A stretch of 64,000 nt of DNA from a virus. Taxonomy: Duplodnaviria; Caudoviricetes. Shown in pieces: positions 8,690 to 17,995 of the stretch; within the stretch, counting starts at the first letter, position 1, and each line of letters starts with the position of its first letter. A program made the position numbers and the translations under genes. The notes under the pieces were generated by a model. The model made no database searches. It was not told where the DNA came from and was given only the letters and a program-made list of their open reading frames with translations. Location: the IMG/VR virus record IMGVR_UViG_3300032295_003763, positions 1 to 64,000 of that record; one strand, 5' to 3'.

Positions 8690-9328
8690 GTGGAATCTTC
8701 ACATCTAAAACAGTTTAATAATTTTCTTACAGCCAATGAGCGTTCAGAAATTATAGAATATGTTAATACGATAAATCATAAGAGTCAAGCAGAGAATGTG
8801 CATTTGAGCCATCTGATTAAAAAGATTAATGGAAATTCTCATATGTATGATATTTCAAAAACTGACTCAACAAAAAATATAACATCATTTCAGTCTGGGG
8901 GTAATGATGTGATGAAAGAAGAATTACCTGATATTTTCTATAATCTCATAGATAGAATAACAACTACCGTAAATATTCCAAAGGAAAATATGTTTCTTCA
9001 AATTGTTGATATGGATGAAGGAGGAACAATCGGTGGGCATTATGATGCAGCGATAGATGGTTATATTAATTATAAATGTAATATCAGTGTACTTTCTGAT
9101 GATTACATTTTTGTTGTAGATGGTGAAGAGCTTACAATTAAGGAAAATGATATATATTGCTTTGAGGCTTCACTGTATAAGCATTGGACACTCAATCCAT
9201 TTCATTCAAGAAGAATCCTTTTAAGTTTTGGATTTATCTTACCCTATTCCGTATTGGGTAGAAATGAGAATGATCCTAGAGTAAGATTAAGTAAAAGAAT
9301 TGAAAAAATATTCCAAAAGGATAAATAA
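8690..9328 (+). CDS. 2OG-Fe(II) dioxygenase superfamily protein
   Basis: HYD motif, distal HW and RILLSF. Confidence 0.8.
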   Translation: MESSHLKQFNNFLTANERSEIIEYVNTINHKSQAENVHLSHLIKKINGNSHMYDISKTDSTKNITSFQSGGNDVMKEELPDIFYNLIDRITTTVNIPKENMFLQIVDMDEGGTIGGHYDAAIDGYINYKCNISVLSDDYIFVVDGEELTIKENDIYCFEASLYKHWTLNPFHSRRILLSFGFILPYSVLGRNENDPRVRLSKRIEKIFQKDK

Positions 9329-9330
9329 AC

Positions 9331-9909
9331 ATGATTTACTACACTTCAGATTGGCATTTAGGAGAAACAAGACTAGGGGTTGGGAATAAACCCAATGTAT
9401 TTTATAGGCCATTTGCATCAACGATTGAGAATGATAACTCTATAATGAATAATTTCTATCAGGTATTTAAGGATGGTGATATATTATGGCATCTTGGAGA
9501 TGTTATTTCAGGCGATATAAAGGCTTCTGAGAGGTATTTGGAAGAAATGCGGAGAATGTACCCAAATTCAAAATTTAACTTGATAGTGGGCAATTATGAC
9601 ACGGATAAAGTAGATTTACTATCTAAATATTTCGATACCTTGCATGATGAATTTAGTTTGGTTGATTTTAATGATAATATGCTGATATATCTCAATCATT
9701 ATCCTACTAAATGTAAAAGGAAATTAACTGAAGAATCCGCTGATTATACATTTGCTATTACTGGTCATATACACAGTCTATGGAAGGTTAAACCTAACAT
9801 AATAAATGTTGGAGTTGATGCTTGGCATTTTAAACCTGTTTCTCATAATGAAATAATGTTTTGCTGGAATGCTATGCAAAATCATTACGATGATGATGTA
9901 TTCCTTTAA
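9331..9909 (+). CDS. calcineurin-like metallophosphoesterase
   Basis: SDWH, LGD, GNYD, HYP, GHIH, NVGVD motifs. Confidence 0.9.
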   Translation: MIYYTSDWHLGETRLGVGNKPNVFYRPFASTIENDNSIMNNFYQVFKDGDILWHLGDVISGDIKASERYLEEMRRMYPNSKFNLIVGNYDTDKVDLLSKYFDTLHDEFSLVDFNDNMLIYLNHYPTKCKRKLTEESADYTFAITGHIHSLWKVKPNIINVGVDAWHFKPVSHNEIMFCWNAMQNHYDDDVFL

Positions 9910-9926
9910 TTATTTTAGAATTTCAT

Positions 9927-9957
9927 TTTGAAATTTCATTTATTTTTCTTATTTTTG
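9927..9957 (+). promoter_or_regulatory. Bacteroidota-type promoter TTTG-N19-TATTTTTG
   Basis: Consensus -33/-7 elements upstream of 9998. Confidence 0.55.
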
Positions 9958-9997
9958 TTTCAATTAATTATCTGTTTTAATAATAAAGAGAAACGAT

Positions 9998-10480
9998 ATG
10001 GGACATGATATAACTGCCTATATTAAAACAAAAAATAGTTCGGAGCGATCTGAGGTAGCATATTTTAGAATAAGTGCATTCGATGCTTTACGTAGAAAAT
10101 TATTTTATGGAACTTTAAATGGTTCTGAAGATGCCAATGGTGGTGTATCTGGAACTGCTATAACTATTAAATTTACCCGAAAAGAAATAGATACTGCAAA
10201 AGAAGGTTGCAAATACTTCTTAAATGATATAGATGCGCTCAAGGAATTCGTATTGAATACATACAATGAAAAGTCCGAACAGACGGTAAAGAAGTTTGAA
10301 GAAATAATTACATTAGTTTTTGGTGATCAGAGTGAACCCTCTGAAATGGAGTCTGAAGATTCAATCGAAGAGATAAAAGAAAATTTGGTAGATATCGTCA
10401 TTTTCCACCATAAGATTATACAGGCTTATGATGATGCTGCAAGAGTAAGTAATATAGAAATCGAAATAGACTTTTATTGA
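9998..10480 (+). CDS. hypothetical protein
   Basis: Intact 160-aa ORF with its own promoter. Confidence 0.7.
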   Translation: MGHDITAYIKTKNSSERSEVAYFRISAFDALRRKLFYGTLNGSEDANGGVSGTAITIKFTRKEIDTAKEGCKYFLNDIDALKEFVLNTYNEKSEQTVKKFEEIITLVFGDQSEPSEMESEDSIEEIKENLVDIVIFHHKIIQAYDDAARVSNIEIEIDFY

Positions 10481-10501
10481 TCTGAGTTTCGATATTTTAT
10501 T

Positions 10502-10726
10502 TCAGAGAAGATTGTATTTTTGTGCCACCTCAAACAAATACATAAAGCTTCTCGTTATTCGTATGTAATATGCTGAGTCATATTTAGGCGAAATACTAAA
10601 TTCCTCAAAAGAAAATAAAGATAACCCATGGCTATTCCTCTCGCATGAAAGGATTTCCCCATGGGTTTTCTTATTTAATTCAACTTCTTTGAGTTCTATA
10701 TCAATGTAATTTAAACGTATCTTCAT
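10502..10726 (-). CDS. hypothetical protein
   Basis: Short ORF in minus-strand run. Confidence 0.5.
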   Translation of the reverse strand: MKIRLNYIDIELKEVELNKKTHGEILSCERNSHGLSLFSFEEFSISPKYDSAYYIRITRSFMYLFEVAQKYNLL

Positions 10727-11012
10727 ATATTATCGGTGGGGATAACCATAAACAAAATCCTTCAGATAATTCAACGGCTTCCATCAGTTCTAAACTTAAA
10801 TCCTCGTTACTTAAACTAATATACAACTTACCAGTGTGCGCATACTTTTTAAAAAAATACCAGTATGATATAAAGTGATCCGCTGGGTTTTTATTTACGG
10901 AATCTTCGTAAAAGAGTTTCCAAGAATTATAAATATTCTTCCTATACTGCATCGACCTAATATCATGAGCAGTGCAAAATTCAGATGGAAAATGTTTATC
11001 TACATATATCAT
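10701..11012 (-). CDS. hypothetical protein
   Basis: ORF in minus-strand run. Confidence 0.55.
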   Translation of the reverse strand: MIYVDKHFPSEFCTAHDIRSMQYRKNIYNSWKLFYEDSVNKNPADHFISYWYFFKKYAHTGKLYISLSNEDLSLELMEAVELSEGFCLWLSPPIIYEDTFKLH

Positions 11013-11017
11013 TTGTA

Positions 11018-11920
11018 TTATGCTCTATAACCTTTTATGGCTTCACTAAATGCAATAGAAAAATAGTAAAGTACAAATTCGTAAATGAATTCATTAATAT
11101 AATACAATAAATTCCAGCCGATAGTTTTAGGTGTAGTTTCTGGTCTTTTTTGTTTCATTTGCATAAAACCATTACAACTCGCTAAAGCTTCTGAATAGTC
11201 CTCTAATCCAAATGCTGGATTCTTAATTACACCTTCAGAAGTTTGTTTCATATATGCATTGATACATTCTTCTTTATTATTTATAAATCTCAAGAAGTCA
11301 TATGTTGTGAGAATTTCATCTTCCATTTTTAATGCATCTCTTAGCTTCCCTTCTCGTGCTAGTTTCCTTACATTCTTAGGATTTTCTAAGTTATATTGCT
11401 TTGCTTCTTTTCTTAATGTAAATTCTGAATCATAATACTTATTCATAAGATTTACTACTTTCTCAACAAAATCCCCTAAGTATCCAGAAGTAAAATAACC
11501 AGCATTTATACCTTGTTCTTGATACATTTGTTGATACCATTCAGAGTTTTTGTAGTCTTTAGTTGCACCATCAGAAAGGTATTCCATTCTACCTTCAAGA
11601 TCTTGTCTTTCTATATTAGTATCACTTGTATATTGATCTATATTTGCCCAAAGAATATAAAACAACTCTGAGGCTTTCATTTCCCCATCTCCGTATTTGA
11701 TAACAACATTGTTATTAAGAGGATCTCCTTGATAACCCTTTCCGTAGATTATATCTTTTGCTACTCTCCACATTCTATCGTGGATATTGTTATACAAATC
11801 TTTGTATGTTATAGAGTTCAGACGTAGATTTTTGTATTTATAGACTTCATTTAAAGAAGAAGATGCATTTATTACCTCTTCATGTTCCTTTAAAAATTGA
11901 GCAAAGTTTGATATTTTCAT
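11018..11920 (-). CDS. hypothetical protein with capsid-targeting-like N-terminus
   Basis: MKISNFAQFLKE start; GATATATA at 11946-11953 (minus). Confidence 0.8.
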   Translation of the reverse strand: MKISNFAQFLKEHEEVINASSSLNEVYKYKNLRLNSITYKDLYNNIHDRMWRVAKDIIYGKGYQGDPLNNNVVIKYGDGEMKASELFYILWANIDQYTSDTNIERQDLEGRMEYLSDGATKDYKNSEWYQQMYQEQGINAGYFTSGYLGDFVEKVVNLMNKYYDSEFTLRKEAKQYNLENPKNVRKLAREGKLRDALKMEDEILTTYDFLRFINNKEECINAYMKQTSEGVIKNPAFGLEDYSEALASCNGFMQMKQKRPETTPKTIGWNLLYYINEFIYEFVLYYFSIAFSEAIKGYRA

Positions 11921-11996
11921 GGTTTTAAAATTTATTTAATATTTCTATATATCAAAATAATGAGCATTCGCGCAAGCGTTCACCCAATAAATATAT

Positions 11997-12398
11997 TTAA
12001 CCGAAAGAAAATGCAATATCTACAACTGAATAAGGTAAAGTACCATGATGTACAAATACAGTTTCATTCAGGTTTTCATTTTGATTATAAATGAATACAT
12101 TATTTACATTAAGACTACTGGAATCAATCTGAAGTAAAAATACAGATTCCTTAAGATTTGCATTTACCTTATTGGATGATAATGCGAGATTACCAGCATA
12201 TTCTCTATCGCTTGTTAAAAATATGAAATCCTTTAAGTTCTCGTTCCAGCTAAGGTTTGAAATTTCAGGAGTTAAACCATTTTCTTTAATTTCTTTGAGG
12301 TTCCTAACATAGATGGGTGCATATAGATATTTAGGTATGTCTAATTGATCTTGGAATTCATTAATGTCCGCTTCTTCAATAAGTTCGATATGTTCCAT
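11997..12398 (-). CDS. degenerate ADP-ribosyltransferase/KptA-like fold protein
   Basis: YLYA...NLKEIKENGLTP...IFLT.D...A...LLQID...GTLP pattern; the usual His of YHGT is absent. Confidence 0.5.
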   Translation of the reverse strand: MEHIELIEEADINEFQDQLDIPKYLYAPIYVRNLKEIKENGLTPEISNLSWNENLKDFIFLTSDREYAGNLALSSNKVNANLKESVFLLQIDSSSLNVNNVFIYNQNENLNETVFVHHGTLPYSVVDIAFSFG

Positions 12399-12466
12399 AA
12401 AATGCCTAATTTTAAAAACAAAATTTTTTACAAAAGTAATAATTTTTTTCCAAGATTACTACAAAT

Positions 12467-12490
12467 AAAAAAGGGGGCAATTGCCCCCAA
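12467..12490 (-). terminator. intrinsic terminator
   Basis: GGGGGCAATTGCCCCC hairpin with U run on the minus strand. Confidence 0.7.
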
Positions 12491-12508
12491 ATTCCGAACA
12501 GACCGAAT

Positions 12509-13234
12509 TTACGCTTTTTTCTCTTCTGATGGAAATACATTTGCAGCAAGATTATCCTTTGTTCCAGCATCTGCTTTATCGAGCATTGAAACATCAGAAA
12601 ATTTTGAAGCCGCAATAGCTAAAAGTTGACCGAAATTAGTAACTTTTGATTTACCACCAAATACAATTACAATTGGAAGTTCAACTAATAATCCTTCTGG
12701 ATTTACCTTTGTATATCCTTCATTAGGGAAAAATACTAATGATGCAGCTTGAGTAGAAAGTCCATTTTTAACATCGCCAGCTTCCCAGGAGATTTTGTTT
12801 TCTGGTGTATCTGATGTATGCATGAAAAATCCTTTAGGTGCACTGTCACCAATAGCTTTCGCATCAAGAGCAATTTCATCTAAAGCTTTGATAAAATCAG
12901 CTTCTTTAGGCAACTTCATAGTTTCTAGATTTGAACCAGGTGCTGTACCTTTTAAAAGTGCTTTACCGCTACCCACTTCTTCTATTGCAAGAACTCTAAC
13001 ATTTACTGCTGTAGAATCTTTAGAATCTGTTGATTTTTTCTCAACACCTCTACCTACAATACTAGTTAAAAGTTTTCTCATTTCATCTGGATTTTTAGCG
13101 GAATAAAAATCTTTTTGCAAAATGTCTAAAACTGGTGTTGCAAATGATTTTGAAGGACTAAATTCTACTTTTGGGGCAGCCGCAGCTTGATCTTGTTCAT
13201 TAAGCCAAGATTCAAAAAGTTTAAGGTATTTCAT
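12509..13234 (-). CDS. family A paralog 1: putative virion-packaged protein
   Basis: MKYLKLFESWLNE start; conserved ends shared with 14054 and 17996 (F.P.K...T.V.DI; G....A...F.....L..A.AG...NLA). Confidence 0.85.
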   Translation of the reverse strand: MKYLKLFESWLNEQDQAAAAPKVEFSPSKSFATPVLDILQKDFYSAKNPDEMRKLLTSIVGRGVEKKSTDSKDSTAVNVRVLAIEEVGSGKALLKGTAPGSNLETMKLPKEADFIKALDEIALDAKAIGDSAPKGFFMHTSDTPENKISWEAGDVKNGLSTQAASLVFFPNEGYTKVNPEGLLVELPIVIVFGGKSKVTNFGQLLAIAASKFSDVSMLDKADAGTKDNLAANVFPSEEKKA

Positions 13235-13241
13235 AGAAAAA

Positions 13242-13277
13242 TAAAATAATGTTTAATAATTTTAGTTTATATATCAG
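13242..13277 (-). repeat. 36-bp identical upstream element containing the late promoter (copy at 14790..14825)
   Basis: TAAAATAATGTTTAATAATTTTAGTTTATATATCAG identical at both sites. Confidence 0.9.
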
Positions 13278-13387
13278 ATTTTAAATTTGTTTTTTGGATC
13301 TATACAGCTTAAGGTATATTAGACTATATAAAGAGACTATCCATTCATCAGTTTCGATTAAATCAAAATATAATAAATAAAAATAAA

Positions 13388-13419
13388 TTTGCATAGTTCA
13401 ATTCTTTTTATTATCTTTG
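13388..13419 (+). promoter_or_regulatory. Bacteroidota-type promoter TTTG-N20-TATCTTTG
   Basis: Exact consensus; AAGGA SD downstream. Confidence 0.75.
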
Positions 13420-13450
13420 TAGTAGAAATCGATAGCAAAGGAATTATGTT

Positions 13451-14011
13451 ATGAAAAAATTAATTTTACTCGTGCTCTTAAGCACATCTATGTTGGCTCA
13501 AAGTCAGTTCAATACTGGTGATACCATCACAGCCATAGACAAACTACGCTTTTTGGATTCCTTAAATAAATATAGAATCCTTGCAGGTGTAAAACCTTTA
13601 CAATACTCTTTTCGCCAAGATAGTTTGGCTAAAATAAGAACAGAAACAATATTTAATCGTATCGATAGCATTACGGAAGATGATTATAAATCAGAAATCC
13701 TTAGTCACATGCATTTTAATTTAAGAAAAGACATCAAAAGATTTGATAAATCCCATATTCCAGTTGATAGTTTTATTCAAATGTATGGTGAATGCTCGGC
13801 AAGATTGAATAGACTAAATGTTTGTAAAGACCTAATATCTGAACTTTTTAATGGATGGAAAAATAGTAAAGAACACTGGGAAATTATGTTAGATCCCAAT
13901 TATGAATATATCTCTTTGAACTGGTTTATAGATAACCATAGACATATTAGACTACGTAAAGGAACTATTGCTTCATTAGTTTTAATTAAATATGATATTG
14001 TAAAAAAATAA
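13451..14011 (+). CDS. secreted CAP/SCP-domain protein, paralog C1
   Basis: Signal peptide ending LA-Q; LNKYR..AGVKPL, GEC, WKNSKEHWEIMLDPNY. Confidence 0.85.
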   Translation: MKKLILLVLLSTSMLAQSQFNTGDTITAIDKLRFLDSLNKYRILAGVKPLQYSFRQDSLAKIRTETIFNRIDSITEDDYKSEILSHMHFNLRKDIKRFDKSHIPVDSFIQMYGECSARLNRLNVCKDLISELFNGWKNSKEHWEIMLDPNYEYISLNWFIDNHRHIRLRKGTIASLVLIKYDIVKK

Positions 14012-14039
14012 AAATGGGGAAGTCAAATGACTTCCCCTT
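14011..14039. terminator. bidirectional terminator
   Basis: GGGGAAGTCA/TGACTTCCCC stem between convergent genes. Confidence 0.75.
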
Positions 14040-14053
14040 AATAGAATCATATA

Positions 14054-14782
14054 TTAATTTTTCTCAACTTCTACACCTTTACCTGGAGCATAGTTTTCAG
14101 GAATTTCATAACCTAGTGCTTTAGCAAGATTTTTTGGATTACCAGCATTTGCATTTTTCAACATTGCAATATTTGCAAATTTGGTTGTCGCGAATGCTGC
14201 AATATTACCAAGGGTCGATTCAATAATCGTTTCTTTAGCACCTTTAGTGTGATCATATACAATCCAATCAGAACTCAAAACAAAATCTTCAGGTTTTCCA
14301 GCTTTGTCTGAACTTACCAAAACAATCTTTTTCTTTTCGGGATTATTCGTTTGCTCAATGGTGTCTTTATGTGAACCACCTAAAATATCTTCACCACCCA
14401 TTGAAACAACATAAATAGATTTTGCATCTTGAATCTTACCTGCATTTATACAAGTTATGAATGCCGCATTACCATCTTTGTCTTTTAAAGTGAATCTAAC
14501 ATTATCAGTTTTGTCCTGACCTGGAACTGTTTTAAAATCAGTTACTGTGAAAAATGAAACTCTGATTTTTGAATCTGTTACTTTTTCACTTTTATCAAAG
14601 CATTTGGCTAAAATACTACCTATAATTACTCTTTTTTGCTCGTCATCTGCTTTAGTGAAATCTTCATTACTAATATCTACAATGCGAGTGTCAAATGGTT
14701 TGCTGGGGTCAAAAGGTTTTACTTCTGATGTTGCTCCCTCTGCTTCATTCAACCAATTTTCAAAAAGTTTAAGATATTTCAT
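14054..14782 (-). CDS. family A paralog 2: putative virion-packaged protein
   Basis: MKYLKLFENWLNE start; C-terminal ANAGNPKNLAKALGYEIPENYAP. Confidence 0.85.
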   Translation of the reverse strand: MKYLKLFENWLNEAEGATSEVKPFDPSKPFDTRIVDISNEDFTKADDEQKRVIIGSILAKCFDKSEKVTDSKIRVSFFTVTDFKTVPGQDKTDNVRFTLKDKDGNAAFITCINAGKIQDAKSIYVVSMGGEDILGGSHKDTIEQTNNPEKKKIVLVSSDKAGKPEDFVLSSDWIVYDHTKGAKETIIESTLGNIAAFATTKFANIAMLKNANAGNPKNLAKALGYEIPENYAPGKGVEVEKN

Positions 14783-14789
14783 AAAAATG

Positions 14790-14825
14790 TAAAATAATGT
14801 TTAATAATTTTAGTTTATATATCAG
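14790..14825 (-). repeat. 36-bp identical upstream element containing the late promoter
   Basis: Identical to 13242..13277. Confidence 0.9.
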
Positions 14826-14847
14826 CTTTAAGCTATATTTTTCTAGA

Positions 14848-14879
14848 TTTGGAAAATTTATTATTTTTTATTATGTTTG
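14848..14879 (+). promoter_or_regulatory. Bacteroidota-type promoter TTTG-N20-TATGTTTG
   Basis: Exact consensus upstream of 14917. Confidence 0.75.
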
Positions 14880-14916
14880 TACCAGACTATTTAAAAACTT
14901 AAACTAAAGGAAACTT

Positions 14917-15519
14917 ATGAAAACGATTATCTATTTCTTAATTATTTTGACATTCCAGACTATCACAGTAGCTCAAGATACTGAAGATTCTGGTTCTGAT
15001 ACTAATACATACAAGACTGAAGAAATATTTGTAAGTAGTGATTTCGATGTACTTGAAATCAAACAATTATTTTTAGATTCTTTAAATGCCGTAAGAAAAA
15101 GAAATAAATTCCCAGAACTAAAGTATAATTATGAACTTGAAGGATTAGTTAAATTAAGAACTAAAACTATTATAGATCATGTAGATCATATTGAAGATAA
15201 ACTATATTACTCTAATTATATTAAGTTTAATCAATATAAGAATATCAGGGACTACAAATACTACTTTAATAATAATCTCTTTTTGGATCCAGCCCCGATG
15301 ATTATCCACGAAGGTAATTTGTCAGTACCATCATATTACAAAGTAAAAGAAGTAATATTACATACAATTCAATCAATGAAAGATAATAAAAAATCATGGA
15401 AAGAATTTTATGATCTTAAATATACCCATGTTGCCTTTGATTTTAGAAAAGGCGTAAGGCGAACAGTAGTATCAGTTATATTCTCTAAAAGAAGGTTTAA
15501 TCCTGTCCCTAATAAATAA
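14917..15519 (+). CDS. secreted divergent CAP-like protein, paralog C2
   Basis: Signal peptide ending VA-Q; FLDSLNAVR...PELKY; the WxxSxxH motif is degenerate. Confidence 0.7.
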   Translation: MKTIIYFLIILTFQTITVAQDTEDSGSDTNTYKTEEIFVSSDFDVLEIKQLFLDSLNAVRKRNKFPELKYNYELEGLVKLRTKTIIDHVDHIEDKLYYSNYIKFNQYKNIRDYKYYFNNNLFLDPAPMIIHEGNLSVPSYYKVKEVILHTIQSMKDNKKSWKEFYDLKYTHVAFDFRKGVRRTVVSVIFSKRRFNPVPNK

Positions 15520-15534
15520 TTCAATAAGGCTACA

Positions 15535-16131
15535 ATGTATAATCTAATGAATATATCGCTTATCATTTTGTTTGGAACTATGTCTTTAATGGCTCAAAGC
15601 CAATATAAGACTGGTCATACTATTACTAGCCAAGACAAACTACGTTTCTTGGATTCTTTGAATAAGTATAGGATTCTTGCAGGTGTAGAACCATTAGAAT
15701 ATTCATTCCAAGAAGATAGTTTGGCTAAATTAAGAACGGAAACTATTTTTAAACATATTGATAGTATCTCTGAAGAAGAATATAGATTAAATCCTTTAGA
15801 AAATCTTCATTTCAATTTCGTAGAAGATATTAAGAAATACATAACCGAAAATATTCATCAGGATAGCGTTCTCTACTGGAGTGCAGAATGCTCTGCAAGA
15901 ATTAGCAAATTGAATAATCCAGATGATTTGATTAATGAACTGTTTAACGGATGGAAAAATAGTAAAGACCACTGGAAAGTTATGTTAGACGGCAGATATA
16001 CATCTATATCACTCTCATGGCATATAGATAATTATAGGAATATTAGAAAAAGAAAAGGAACTATCGCGTCTCTGGTACTTTTTAAAAAAGATATGACAAA
16101 AAAAGAAAAAGAAAGACGAAGTAAATTATAA
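15535..16131 (+). CDS. secreted CAP/SCP-domain protein, paralog C3
   Basis: Signal peptide ending MA-Q; WKNSKDHWKVML. Confidence 0.85.
   Translation: MYNLMNISLIILFGTMSLMAQSQYKTGHTITSQDKLRFLDSLNKYRILAGVEPLEYSFQEDSLAKLRTETIFKHIDSISEEEYRLNPLENLHFNFVEDIKKYITENIHQDSVLYWSAECSARISKLNNPDDLINELFNGWKNSKDHWKVMLDGRYTSISLSWHIDNYRNIRKRKGTIASLVLFKKDMTKKEKERRSKL
15676..15756 (+). repeat. 81-bp identical block shared with 17528..17608
   Basis: Exact nucleotide identity between CAP paralogs C3 and C6. Confidence 0.85.
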
Positions 16132-16146
16132 TCAGGTTACCTATTT

Positions 16147-16647
16147 ATGAAAGAACTTATCATCTTCTTGTTTACAGTTACATCTGTATTTGCTCAGGAT
16201 TCAAATAATGTTAAAATTATTAAAAAAATTAATGAACTCCGTGTATCTAAAGGTTTAGATACTTTAAAATATGATGAAAGCTTATTTTTAGTAGGTAAAG
16301 ACTGGAGTAAGTATATTCTCCATAAAATTAATAATTTTTCTGTAAATAAATTATCTTCAAATCATTATAAAAATCCAATGTTTCTTCATATCAATTATAA
16401 TTCACGATTTGACCAAGTTTTAAAAAGAAAAGATGTATTTTCTATTGGAGAAAATATTAACCTTTCACTTGATATTGAAGATACCAATAATATTATAGAT
16501 CATGCATTTGATTGCTGGAAGAAAAGCTCAAACCATTATAATCTCATGGTCAAAAAAGAACAAACTAATGTAGCATTTAGCTTTTCTTATAGTAAAAAAA
16601 CAAAAAGAATGCTATGTATATTAGTTATATCTGAAAATATAAAATAA
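16147..16647 (+). CDS. secreted CAP/SCP-domain protein, paralog C4
   Basis: Signal peptide ending FA-Q; INELRVSKGLDTL, GENI, WKKSSNHYNLM. Confidence 0.9.
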   Translation: MKELIIFLFTVTSVFAQDSNNVKIIKKINELRVSKGLDTLKYDESLFLVGKDWSKYILHKINNFSVNKLSSNHYKNPMFLHINYNSRFDQVLKRKDVFSIGENINLSLDIEDTNNIIDHAFDCWKKSSNHYNLMVKKEQTNVAFSFSYSKKTKRMLCILVISENIK

Positions 16648-16715
16648 AAAAGGGACATTTACATATACTAATGAATTTAAAATATTTTTCTTACATGATC
16701 CAATATATTTTTTAT

Positions 16716-16723
16716 TATCTTTG
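16716..16723 (+). promoter_or_regulatory. Bacteroidota-type -7 element TATCTTTG
   Basis: Same context (TTTTTATTATCTTTGTCTTAGAAATTAAAT) as at 17359. Confidence 0.6.
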
Positions 16724-16751
16724 TCTTAGAAATTAAATAAGGATATATGTC

Positions 16752-17321
16752 ATGAAACGACTCATCATCTTTTTATTTGCAGCTACGTCTGTATTTGCAC
16801 AGACTCAGTTCAAAACTGGCGATATGATCACTACTCAGGATAAACTACGTTTCTTGGATTCTTTGAATAAATACCGAAATATGTATGGAATACCTGAATT
16901 AAAATATTCATTCAAGTATGAAGGTATTTCTGTAAATAGAATAGAGACCATTAGAACTCATATTAAAAAGATAGGTTATGAAGAATGTAGGAAGGACATC
17001 AGAAAACATTTACATATTAATTTTATGGAAGATTTCTGCAAATTTAATATCAATACTCTACCAGAAGACACTACATTTACTTGGAAGGGCGAATGCACTC
17101 TTTCTGTAAATAATGGCTATGTCCTTGAAAAAAAACTTGATATTATTACTGAAATTTTTACAGCTTGGAAAGAAAGCCAAGACCATTGGTGCAATATGCT
17201 TGATCCAGATTTTAAATATATTGCTTTGGCTTTTGAATACAAAGACGGAATAATCATTTCGGTACTTAATTCCTTTGATTTAGAATGTACCGATGTTGAA
17301 AAGAAATCTTGTAATAAATAA
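16752..17321 (+). CDS. secreted CAP/SCP-domain protein, paralog C5
   Basis: Signal peptide ending FA-Q; FLDSLNKYR, GEC, WKESQDHWCNMLDP. Confidence 0.85.
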   Translation: MKRLIIFLFAATSVFAQTQFKTGDMITTQDKLRFLDSLNKYRNMYGIPELKYSFKYEGISVNRIETIRTHIKKIGYEECRKDIRKHLHINFMEDFCKFNINTLPEDTTFTWKGECTLSVNNGYVLEKKLDIITEIFTAWKESQDHWCNMLDPDFKYIALAFEYKDGIIISVLNSFDLECTDVEKKSCNK

Positions 17322-17334
17322 TTAATAAAATAAA

Positions 17335-17366
17335 TTTGCATAATTCAATATTTTTTATTATCTTTG
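17335..17366 (+). promoter_or_regulatory. Bacteroidota-type promoter TTTG-N20-TATCTTTG
   Basis: Exact consensus; supports the true start at 17399. Confidence 0.75.
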
Positions 17367-17398
17367 TCTTAGAAATTAAATCAATAAGGAATTATGTT

Positions 17399-17971
17399 AT
17401 GAAACAACTCGTCATCTTCTTGTTTACATTTACATCTGTATTTGCACAGAATCAATTCAAAACTAGCGATACTATTACAAATGAAGACAAACTACGCTTC
17501 TTGGATTCTCTAAATAAGTATAGAATCCTTGCAGGTGTAGAACCATTAGAATATTCATTCCAAGAAGATAGTTTGGCTAAATTAAGAACGGAAACTATTT
17601 TTAAACATGTTGATAGTATTTCTGAAGAAGAATACAAATCAGATTGGATGGAACATCAGCATCATAGATTCATCGAAGATGTTAGAAAATACGACAAATC
17701 AAATGTTCATAAAGATACTGTTATCAATTGGAGCGCAGAATGCTCCGCTCGAATCAGCAAATTAAATAATCCAGATGATTTAGTTAATGAATTGTTTCAA
17801 GGATGGAAGAATAGTAAAGCACATTGGAAAATGATGCTTGAACCGAAATTTAAATATATTGTATTAGATTGGTTCATCGATAATCAAAGGCACATAAAAT
17901 TACGCAAAGGAACTATTGCATCTCTCGTACTTTTTAGTAAAAGGTTTAATGAAAATTCAAGGGGTAACTAA
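17399..17971 (+). CDS. secreted CAP/SCP-domain protein, paralog C6 (start revised from 17336)
   Basis: MKQLVIFLFTFTSVFA-Q signal peptide after AAGGA; WKNSKAHWKMML. Confidence 0.85.
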   Translation: MKQLVIFLFTFTSVFAQNQFKTSDTITNEDKLRFLDSLNKYRILAGVEPLEYSFQEDSLAKLRTETIFKHVDSISEEEYKSDWMEHQHHRFIEDVRKYDKSNVHKDTVINWSAECSARISKLNNPDDLVNELFQGWKNSKAHWKMMLEPKFKYIVLDWFIDNQRHIKLRKGTIASLVLFSKRFNENSRGN

Positions 17972-17983
17972 TGTTACCCCTTT
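17959..17983. terminator. bidirectional terminator
   Basis: AAGGGGTAAC/GTTACCCCTT stem. Confidence 0.7.
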
Positions 17984-17995
17984 GATATTTTTGTA

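Noticed and set aside
17336-17398. N-terminal extension of the sixth CAP gene
   Set aside because: This stretch is the promoter and SD; paralogs start at the equivalent of ATG 17399
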